64,000 nucleotides of DNA from Barthelona sp. PAP020. Taxonomy: Eukaryota. Each line of letters opens with the position of its first letter. Within the stretch, counting starts at the first letter, position 1. Under the pieces are notes generated by a model that was not told the DNA's origin, ran no database searches, and saw nothing but the letters and a program-made list of their open reading frames with translations. The stretch spans positions 1 to 64,000 of the forward strand of contig JARQWU010000029.1 of NCBI GenBank assembly GCA_040182905.1, read 5' to 3'. Below, piece after piece: positions 9,656 to 21,200 of this stretch. A program made the translations under genes and the position numbers.

Positions 9656-11875
9656 TCACATCATATGACAACTATCTTTATGTACAATTTTTTGAGATAC
9701 CTCATCAAAAATTTCTTCCGAAACATATTCATAAACAACAGAAGGTTCATAACCAGCACATAACAAACGATTACAATCGTAATTTAAAGCCATTGTCCAA
9801 AGATGACATGGCGTGTGAACCTTTTGAAGAACTTGGCCAGTTTCTCTTTCAATTATTGTGAAAGATTTATCATTGGCACATGAATAAATCAACGAACTGT
9901 CTTGAGAAAAAAATAGTGAATATACACAACTGCTGTGAATTTTGTATTTTCTTAACAAAAACTTAGAATCAACATCAAACACTCGAATATCAAATACATT
10001 GTCTCCTGTCACCCAATATTTGCTGTTTGGAGAAAAGTTTCCAGAAACAACAAAACTTTTTCCATGATCCCAAACATAAATTTCCTCAAAAGTCTTCAAT
10101 GAGAACAATTTTGAAAAGCCATCATTGGAAACAGTAGCAAAGTATCTTAAATCTGGACTAATTCTTACTGATTTAACTCTATCTATATGTGGCTTAAATT
10201 CTTTATAAATTTGACCATCAATTGAAAAAATAGCAACAAAACCGTTATCCATTCCGATTGAAAGTAAATTATTGTCTGCACCAAACCAAACGTGATTAAT
10301 ATCATGAGAAAAATTTTCAAAAAGATGTACAGGTGTCCAAGTTTTTGTTTCAAAAATAGTCACTGCAAAACTAGAACTTATTGCTAAAAATTTTGAATTG
10401 GGACTGAAATTCAATCCAACAGCAGTAATATTTTCCTTTTTGATAAGTTTAATATGAGTTTCCGCATCGTAAACACAAAAAGTCTTCTCATCACCAGCTA
10501 TAACGAAATATTTACCGTCGTTACTATAATCCATTGCATAAACATACTTGTTATCGAGTTCTTTAATGAAAACAGGTGTTTCTTCAAATCTAGCTTTTGG
10601 GGTTTCAATCGAACTAACACTCGAAGTATCATGATCATGTAACTCATTCCATAACCCTCCTTTATCATCATCATCAGAAATGTATATTTCATCTTCATTA
10701 ATTATTGAATCAAAAGTAGTGATATTGTTATCAAATGAATTTAACCTTGTTGACATGTCACTTAATTGATCAGTTAATTCATCAACCTTCATTTGCAAAT
10801 CTTTATTTTTCTTTTTCCATTCAATTTGTTCAATATCATGTTTAAGCTTCAATTTATCAATGAATATCTGGAATTTTTCCTTTTCAAAAAGCAATTTTTT
10901 ATTCTTTTGCTCAAGAATTTTGATTCTATTTGATAAATCTTTGATGTTTCTTTCAAGTTGTTGTTCCTTATATGTGATGAAATTCTTCTTTTGTTGTAAT
11001 AACGTAGTTCTCTTCAAAAAAATCTTTTCATCAAATCCAAGCACTGCACAACGTCCAATTAAAACATCTAAAAAATCAATCAACATTGAAAAGGTGGGTC
11101 TTTCAGACGGTTCAATTAAGAAACATTGTTTTATCAATGTAAAACCCGGAATCTCATCAAGTAATTCATCTTCAAACGGAATTCCGTTTTTCAACAATTT
11201 TTCAATGATATTTTCATTGCTCATATTCTCAAATGGAGTAATTCCAGTAATCAATTGAATGAAGACAACACCAAAAGACCATATATCACTCATGAACCCA
11301 TTAATTGTTTGTTGATCATTTACCATCTCTGGAGAAGCATATTTGACTAAATTTGGAAAACTACTGACGGTCACATCACTCTTGGTTGAGTAACTAAACC
11401 CAGAAATTATTGGAACATACGTTTTATCAGAACTAAGCTTTAAATACACGTTATTCAGATTAAATCTTCCATGAATTATATTTTTCTTTTGACAATCATT
11501 AAAACAAGTTGCAATTTGCATCATAATTATAATTTTTTCGTTTAAATATAATTCAGTAATCATAGTTGCCAAATTCATCTCATAATATTCCATTACTATA
11601 CCCTTTTTATCTTCAATATCAGTAATTCCCAAAATTTTTACAACATAAGGATTATCCGAAGTAAATAATAAATATTCTTCTGCAAATTTCTCTTCAGATA
11701 TCTCATTTAAGAAACATTTAATCAATACCATATTTTGAGCCATTTTGGCAAGATGAAAACATTCAAAATTGTTTTTTAATATATTTGGTTTAATTATATT
11801 CAATTCATGGGAAGGAATATATTCAGGCAATGCTTTTTTATCTGAAATATTTGGAATATTTGCATTTGTATTCAT
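9656..11875 (-). CDS. TKL-like pseudokinase - coiled coil - WD40 protein with C-terminal CaaX (-CHMM)
   Basis: Kinase C-lobe motifs YASPEM, SDIWSFGV and ERPTF are present, but HRD reads HGR and DFG reads GFS. A coiled coil and about 7 WD40 blades follow. Ends SCHMM*. Confidence 0.85.
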   Translation of the reverse strand: MNTNANIPNISDKKALPEYIPSHELNIIKPNILKNNFECFHLAKMAQNMVLIKCFLNEISEEKFAEEYLLFTSDNPYVVKILGITDIEDKKGIVMEYYEMNLATMITELYLNEKIIIMMQIATCFNDCQKKNIIHGRFNLNNVYLKLSSDKTYVPIISGFSYSTKSDVTVSSFPNLVKYASPEMVNDQQTINGFMSDIWSFGVVFIQLITGITPFENMSNENIIEKLLKNGIPFEDELLDEIPGFTLIKQCFLIEPSERPTFSMLIDFLDVLIGRCAVLGFDEKIFLKRTTLLQQKKNFITYKEQQLERNIKDLSNRIKILEQKNKKLLFEKEKFQIFIDKLKLKHDIEQIEWKKKNKDLQMKVDELTDQLSDMSTRLNSFDNNITTFDSIINEDEIYISDDDDKGGLWNELHDHDTSSVSSIETPKARFEETPVFIKELDNKYVYAMDYSNDGKYFVIAGDEKTFCVYDAETHIKLIKKENITAVGLNFSPNSKFLAISSSFAVTIFETKTWTPVHLFENFSHDINHVWFGADNNLLSIGMDNGFVAIFSIDGQIYKEFKPHIDRVKSVRISPDLRYFATVSNDGFSKLFSLKTFEEIYVWDHGKSFVVSGNFSPNSKYWVTGDNVFDIRVFDVDSKFLLRKYKIHSSCVYSLFFSQDSSLIYSCANDKSFTIIERETGQVLQKVHTPCHLWTMALNYDCNRLLCAGYEPSVVYEYVSEEIFDEVSQKIVHKDSCHMM

Positions 11876-12248
11876 ATTCTAATTTTTCTGGAAATATTTC
11901 GTGTGAATACTCTTTCTTATATCGTTAATAAAGGTCAAATATTTGTTAACAAAAAAAAAATGACTTTGAATATTCAATATTTCATTATTGTCACAACACT
12001 TTAAAGAAATAAATTTCTTCTTGTAATATATTAAGAAATCTAACAATAAAGGGAGTTATTAAATGGATTGGAACAATGATATTAGTGTTTTCCTTTTTTA
12101 TGTCATTGAAATTCATTCATAAGGTTATCATAAATAGATATTTTATACTTTTTAATCTTCAATCAAGTATTTGAATGATAAAACTTTTGTACTTGGCTTC
12201 ACATTGATAAAAAAGTAAAATATTTACAAATAAACTTCATAAAAAAGA

Positions 12249-15200
12249 TCAGGCTTTTTTATATTCACTGGGAATTTTTCCAAAAACATCTGCCACAGTC
12301 ATAGCCCCTGCAAAATCCATTAAAAGCAAATTATATATTTGATTATTTCCACTTAATGCAGCTAAATGTAAAGCATTACGACCATTGTCATCAGTTTTGT
12401 TTAAATCTGAAAATTTCGTCAAAACGCTCACAGCTATTAAATCATTAAGATGTACGGCTGTAGTAATTGGTTGTTTCTTCAATCTTTTGATTTCATTGGT
12501 GAAAACAACGCATAATTTTTCTAAATGTGAATAACACTGATTTCTGATTGTTCGTACAAATAAATTGTAGATTTCATGGTCCATAATTGAAATTGTACCT
12601 TTAATTTTTCTGATTAACCTACTGACTTCTACATTTTCAATATCCCAATATTCAATTGCAACATTTAACAACTCGACATTAAAGTCAAATGTAACATCAC
12701 GGTTTTCAATGATGTGATCAATTAGATCAAAATTACGTTGAATTATTAAAGTTTTCATATTAGAAGGATGTAAGATAGTGCATTGATTGTTGCTTTCAGA
12801 GATTATTCTCAAAACTGGACGAATATTGAATTTCTTTGCAAGATCAACCAAAGTATGGTCTTTATAAACACTATCACCGTCTGTTGTAATAATATTCGTT
12901 AATTCAACATCAAATTTTAACAATAATTCACAAATGTCACTAGACACAACATAACTACCATCTAAATAGATTCTAGGATACGATCCCTTATTATATCGTA
13001 ACCCCATTGCATGAGCAAAAGGACATATGGCATCAATAGGATGTTCACTAGCGGAAATTCCACTATCCACCAATAATTTTACGACTTCGATTCTTTTGGT
13101 ATGAATAGCTTCAACAATCAATTGGTGCTTTTGAACAAGGGTTAGACTAATGGATAAATGTTTCAAATGTTCTTTGATAATTTGAACTTCTTCACAAGCT
13201 TTAATACTCTTGATGGCTTTTTCAAAGACAAAAGAAGTCCATAATAATACAGGACTCAATGAAGAAGATTCAAGAAAAGCTAATAGATTGAAGAATTGTT
13301 TTTTGAAACAATCATCATAACACGTACGAATGGATTCAAATGTATTTTTTTGATAATTAGATTGTAAGAATTGAGCTTTATCTATGTAAACACGTTTTCC
13401 TGATAATAAAGCTAATTTTAATTCAAAACTCCACAATGGCTTCAAAAGTATGTTAAAATCGTCTATTCTTCCAGCAATATACAACAAAGTTGCTTCTCTC
13501 AAAGCCAATTTCTCATTGATTGTCGAAAGGAATAAACAATTGAGGAATAAATCAATTATACTGTAAAATATCGTATATTCTCCTAATCTTTCATTCTTCT
13601 TTGCATCATTAATCCAAATTTTATTAAAACAACATTCATGCAGATAATGTTCGATATTCGTCTGTTTCTGTTCCAAATCAGCATGAGTATCTTGACTAAC
13701 ACTAGTATTATTCAAAATAATATTCTCAAAATTATTCAGAACTTTGCTAGAAACATCAATATAATAATCAGATAATCTCATAATTGCTACATTGATTTCA
13801 TTCTCATCAACATTATCATTATCAAGACTATTAATGACGGTTAACATGATAGCATCATTTACATTAACTGAAGCACTTGTTGATTGTTCATGATGTAATA
13901 ATCTTTTCAAAGTATACCTTCTGAGATCAATTTGTTTCTCTTCTTCTAAATCTTCGTTCAAAGTTTGTTCTAAAATTGAATTAATGGTTTCAATGGTTTT
14001 AGGAACATTGCTTATAAGGTTGATGAACTTTTTAAAAAGATCAGCAAAATATATCAAATGTGCTGATAAAGCAATGATAGTTGAAGGTAAGATTTCATTT
14101 AAATTATGAGTAGCTTTTCCTAAATAATCTAATAGAGTATTTGCAATATTTTCAACATTTAAAAATTTATAAAAAGTTTCCAAAACATTTGAAGAAATTG
14201 AATCAAATTTATCCAAAATCAATTGCAAAATAGAAACAAAGATTTCTCCTTTCAAACCAAGAAAAATACCATCAATACCATCAAAATAATCGTTTGATTG
14301 TGTAGGAATGATTTTTTCCATAACTTCAAATATTGATTTAAGATATTGAACAAATATATATTCTTCAGCAATATTTACATGTTTCAATAGATTAATTATT
14401 GTTCTTTCAAAATCTTTCAATAATTCATCATCAATATCTTTCAATTTATCCATTATGTTTCTAAAAAAGTCTAACCATAAAGCGTTTGTTGTTGTCAAAT
14501 TTATTATACTATCTAAACATTTAAAATACCCATACTTTAATGAAAGTTTAAAAAGTAACTTAATATTGGAGCAATTCAACATCGATTTGATCACTTCTAA
14601 AGTACAATTATAAATATCTAGATTATTTTCACCTCTAAAGAATAAGTTTTCGATAACATCTTCATAATCTTCAAGAACAACCTCTGTTTTATGAACTTGG
14701 TTCAATAGTTTTTTCACAACACCAGCTTTATTCAAATCTAAACTAATATTTAAGAAACTCATTAAGCGTTCAGTATCAATATGGTTGTCATTGAACAATA
14801 ATTTTTCAATAGCGATTGGATTTCCAAATCTAATAATGTCACTTTCAGAAATGTTAAAATTCAAGCACCATTCACAAATTTCAATAGAATTTTCTTTCAA
14901 AAATAATTCAACATATCTATTACTGATGATTGAATGAACATCTTCATCCAATAACTCACTGAGAGCACAAAAGATCAATTGAATAGGTTTCACAGAATCC
15001 ATTCTTGCAAAATCTAACACCAATCTATCTAATGTTTTTTTAAAGGTATTTACATGTTCAGAACTCAATTTAAACAGCTTAAACAACAATTCGTTTTCAT
15101 GTATCAATTCAGCATAATCACTGGTCTCATTCATATCAATCTGAATCCTACTCAGTATATAATACCATGCTGATTTCTTTTGTGCATCTTCATCAATTAA

Positions 15201-18200
15201 AAATTCTTCGGGAATATACAAACTATCCCAATCCACCATATCAATGATCTTTTTGTTATCAACTTCTTGTACCAACATTTCGGTAATTAAACAACGATGC
15301 GTACGAGGATTCTTTTCAATAAATAATCCCGAAATAATCTCATCTTTATTCAAAAAGGCAAAGATAAACTTTAACAAGTCTGGATTAAGCGTGAATTGCA
15401 GATGATTCTTGGTGAAAACAAACTTTTCTTTTTCAATTAAATATTCAAAGATCTTTACATTACTGAGATTTAATAGTCCTTCAACAACAAATTGTTTTCC
15501 TTTTTTTTCAATCAACCTATTGTAACAATCATTGAAAAATTCTTCATCAACGCCTAATACCATCTCAAGGGGATATTTTCCACCATTTTCTCCCTTAGCA
15601 TTTGTATTTGAACTCTGAAACAATAGATCTAATTTTTCCTCCTTTTCCCATACATCCAATGTCATTTTTGCCCATGTAAGATTTGGATTTTGAGGATCCA
15701 AAAACCTGTGCATCACTGTTTCATTATTTAAATTAATATTTGTAAATGCAATCGGTCTTCTTTTGGGTTTAATAAATTTTTCAAACATTTCAACAGTTAA
15801 GTTGCTCTTGTGCAAGACGAAACCATATCCTTCGTAATTTACATCATAACATCTTGTCCAAACAGTGTCAACGATGTACACATCCAAAAATTGAATAAAG
15901 ATTTCACCTCGCATGCAAGCCAACTGAGTGACTGTATAACCATCAAAATTAACTTTTTCTCTTGCAATACTCTGATAATACTTTCTGTTCCATCCTTCAT
16001 CAGCCACCTCCCATTGAGTGTTTTGAATGGATTTAATTCGTTTGCACATGAAAATGAATTGTTCACAGAGGCAGTTCAAATTTGCCTTACCCCAACTCCA
16101 ATACTCATTTTCAGTAATCAAACCTTTATTGAATTTGCTTAATTGTTCTTGCTTTAATTCTTCCGATAATGGCTCACGAGGATCACTACAAATGATGTGG
16201 AATAAATGACCAAATGGTGAGTCCAAATGCATCCAATTTAACATTGAATCCTTGGAAAAAGCATTGATTCCATTGTATAAGTTTAACAATTTACCTATAG
16301 TGGTATATTCAGGTTGAATTAATTCATTTTGAGATTTAATATTTTGAATTTTCATCTCATATTCCTCATCAAAAAATTGAGAAGGGTTGAACAGAACAGC
16401 AATTACATCTATGTTTATATTTTCGACAAAAGCATTCATAAACTCGTATAAATGATCATTAGGACACAATTCAATACAAGTAAAATTTTCATTGTTCTTC
16501 TGTAACAACATCTTAGGAGTAACTCTTGAAGATAGAGTCTTTAATAATGTTGTTGGTGAATATTCTTCAGTAGCTTCATTCATATTTCTGGCAATAATGT
16601 GAAATATGGAATCTGGTTCAGCAAACGTTAAATCAGTAGTTTTCAATAACTCATAAAATAATGGCATGACACGATTTGTATCTGGATATAACGCTAACCT
16701 TTGTATTGGCGTTAATTCATTAAAAGTAGCGTTTGCATATTTTTCTGCCAATGTTATACGCGATTTCTGTTCTTTGATAGCATCATGACATTCATCATCT
16801 TCATCATCTTCGTGATGTGTAATAATTTCATACATTTGTTTTACTTCTTGCAAACTATGCCCTGGACTTGCATCATCAAACTTTGTCTCATTCATCATTT
16901 CTGTATTATCATTGTTTTTAGCTGATTCAATATTCATAAACAAGTCAGAACTATGTTCATGACTTGGTACTTTTTCGATAGATTTGTTATCTTCGTCATC
17001 ACTCAGTTCGAAATCAAAATTGAAAATCGGATTGAAATCTGGACCGAAACTAGGACTAGGCATAAGATCCAACGAATAAGCACTATCAACAACAACAAGT
17101 TCATCATCAACAACAATTGAAGACTTAAATTCAAGCAAATTCTTTTCCTCTTCTTCCATGTTTTCAATTTCAACTTTTTCATCCTCATCTAAATTCAAAT
17201 TCAATAATTCTTCAGTAAGAGGGCTTGGACTCAACCCTGGGCTTATACCGGGACTAATACCAGGACTTAAAGAAGGACTCGCGCTTGCAATATATACTGT
17301 GCTTCCAACAATATCATTTTCTTCTTCTTGAAATAATTCTGAAGCATGTTTCATGAGACTTGTAGCCAAATCAAATTGCTCATTAGAAATCAACAAATTC
17401 AATAACCCACCATCTTCATAAATATAGTCCATTGCCTTTGTACATTGTATCATAGTCAACAATGCCTTAATATCCAATGAAAGCATGATGTCAATCAATT
17501 CTTTGGAGTTAACATTAACAAAATATCTCAACAACATTAATAGCCAAACACCGTTAGTAGCTTCCTTTGTTACAGCAAAAAGTTCCCTGGGTAAATCTCT
17601 ACCAAACTCATTTTGGAGATTTTGATCAAAAAAGGCAGCAATTCCCAAGACTTCTTTCTCTTTAAGACAATGAGTCTGAATAATCTCAATGAATATGGGT
17701 TTTGTGTATGAATTCATAGGATTAAAGACAATTGAAGGTAAAACGTAAAGAACAAATGTACGAATCGATTTCAAATAAACTGGTTTTTCAAGCTTGATAC
17801 AATTTAAAACAAATTCATCTCTGTTTGATACATTTTTCAATGGGTCAAACATTTTAACAATTTTTCGAACATATTTATCATCGTTATGAATTAAATAAGG
17901 TAATTTATCTAAAATAAGATCAATCGTCAACAAATGATGTAACCTTCTGTGAGATAAACTGAAATCAATAATCAATTGAGCATATTGATCATCTACTACT
18001 GTGAATAGATCGGACAATACAACGTTTTTCATCACTTCAACAAAATAATCCTTTTGGAAAGCATATAAGAAGTTGAAAATTGTACACTTACCAACATAAA
18101 TTAATTCTATGTTAATTTTTTCAGTTAATTCAGTTAAATGGACATTTAACTTTTCAAATAATTGGAACTTTTCCTGTAATATACAATGATAAAAAACACC

Positions 18201-21200
18201 TTCCAAATCATGACCTTTACAATGTCTCAAAAACTTTGAAAGGAAAGTAACATCATTTATAGCAATGATTTCTTTCAACAATGATAATTCATCCTCTATA
18301 TTCAATGTAAAAATATTTGAATCTGTTTCTAATTCTGATTTTACAATTGTTTTTTCTTCTATATTGATAATGGAAGAAATTAAATCATAAAACACGATAA
18401 AAGAACGATATTTAACAGCTAAATGCAATATTTTAACAAATTGAATGTTGTCTTGAACAATATCTTTGACATCTTTGATTTTGATATCAAAACCAACAAT
18501 ATCTTCGATAGAATTGGTTAAAATATTGTTTTTCTCATTCTCTTTTTGATAATTAGATATGTAAGATGAAATAATAATTTGACATTGAAAGATGAAATCT
18601 AAACTGTTTTTAGCAGTGTTTTCAAATGATTTAAATTTTTGTTTCAATTCAAACAAACGTACAATGATGTTATTAAAGATCATACTGGTATGATGAGGGA
18701 TTCTTGTTAACAAATGTTGAATCAAATCAATAACAACTTCTTCAATACCAATTTTCTTATGATTATCTGAAACCATATTATTATTAATGGAAGTACGACG
18801 AGGTATATATATCAAATCTACATCCAAAAATTGATTATTTTGATTTAACAAAACAAGTATATCTTTAGTAACATCAAAAGAACTGATGAATTCAATGTTA
18901 TGAACGATTAAATAATCAAAATAATGTAAAAGTGATAGAATATAAGTTAAAAATTCAATACACCCAATCTTCATTTGTTTTTCTTTTAAAATATTTCCAT
19001 ATTTTGCTAAAGAAATACATTTTTCAATAACTATATATTCATTATTTATCTTATATTTATAAACATGTTTTAAAATATTAATAAATATGTAATCTTTCAA
19101 TGATAAACATAAAACAAGATTATCTTCATCATTTTTGACTTCTAAAATCTCTAAAACAATCATAACCTCTTCGTTAAATGTATAAGGAATGATTTCACTA
19201 TTAACATTTTCTAATACAACCTTTTCATTAGCAAAAACATCATGATTTGAATAAAAATCATCAAAAATCAATTGTTTTAAACGATAACATACTTCATTCA
19301 TAGTAATTCTTTGTTTATAATCATATTCAATACATTTTGAGATTAATGTTCTTAAACCTTTATTATTAATACAATTTAAATCTAAAAACATTGTTTTTGG
19401 ATTCAATCTCCAAGTTGAATAAATGGAAATACGATTTAAATGATCATATGGCCATTTATTCATGAACATTAAATAAATCATTAAACCAAATGAAAAGACA
19501 TTTGAAAAAGTACCATTTAATTGTTCAATAAATATTTCAGGTGCAATATATCTGATATCTTCAGTAAATAAAGATGATATAACGTAAGGTACATTGTAAA
19601 CATTTATGTTAAAATCACATAAATAAGGTGATAATTTTTGTTTATCATTCTTATCATTTAAAATAATTAATGAAGGAGATAACAAAGGTAAAGTTATATT
19701 TTTAGTATGTAAATAACATACAGTGTTAGCAATTTCCAATAAAATCTCCAATTTTGTATTAAAATTAAAATTGAATCTGATTTCATTTTTACTGTCCAAA
19801 TTTAAAAAAGCCTTGTTTAATGAAATTAGATTGAATTCACCATGATTATTATGGTTTAAAATATTCTTGTGAGAAAAGGCTTTAGTAGCAAGTAACAAAT
19901 TTACTTGCCTCTCTTCAATCAAATTCTTTACAATCCTTTTAATATTTTGCCTTAATATTTTATTAATGAATTGATAATTAAAGTATAATGTTGAAAAACT
20001 TTCTGTCCTTTCTGTCAAAGGTCTGCTCATAGGTGGTAAAGGTGGTAACAACACTTTTTTCTCATTTTTCTCATTTGTTTCTTGTATTATAGGAGAATAT
20101 GGTATAGGAGAACCTGGAGAACCTGGAGAACTTGAAGAATGAGTATGATGATCAATCTTAACATCATATTCTTGTTTCACCGTATTAATAGTCAATGGCA
20201 TTGGAATTGTACTGTCTTTAGTTGATTCTTTGTCATCAACAGTAGTCAATAATAGACCACTCCATTCATTCTTTAAATTATTGAACAAACCATAACTATA
20301 AGAATTAGAACTAGATATCACTTCAATAGGTAATGAATCAACATGTTTATTGTGGATAATTTTATAATTATTCAAAACAACACTCCAATAACTCTCATTG
20401 CTCAAAGCAAAATCAATTGCACTGTATCCATCTTTATTCACAACATCTAATAATTTTGGATGTTCAACAAGAATCTCATGAATCAATGACCAATTTTCCA
20501 AGGGATAATTTGATTGAGATAGACAGAACAAGAATGTCTCATTATTTTGATTCACAGAAAAAGGGTCACCACCTAACTTAAACAAAAGTTTTATACTGTT
20601 AATATTTGCTCTATTTAAAATTAAATAATGCAATAAAGGTCTTCCATGAATATTAACACTGATATTAGACCCAAAATCAATCAGAATTCGAGATAAAGTC
20701 TCATTTTGATAAAAGATCGAATGAAATAATGATGAAACCTTCCTTAAATTACTGCTGCCATTGCCATTCTTTTTCTGTTTTTCATTTGATTGAGAAGATG
20801 CTAATTGAGTCATGGAAAAAGGTAGATCAGTCTCTTCATCCATATGAACAGTCAACATTGAGAATTTATCCAACGGCAAAATATCAGGTCTACGCATCGA
20901 CAACAACTTATATATATCATACAGATATCTTAAACCTGTTGTATCATTACTATTTATAACGTAACTAAAAGCACTCATCTGATAAGTATCAATAACACCA
21001 AATAAAGGCAGATACATATCTTTTTCAGAAACCAAAAAATGTTTGAATTCGCTCAAAATGTTTTCATTATTGATAAGCAAATTTATTAAGGCATTCTTAT
21101 CCGTATGATTTTCAAAATTAGCAAGTATTGCAGATCGCACAGCAAATATCAATATGAAAGGTGTTCTACCAAGTTGATCTTTTTGCATCCAAGCTTCTTT

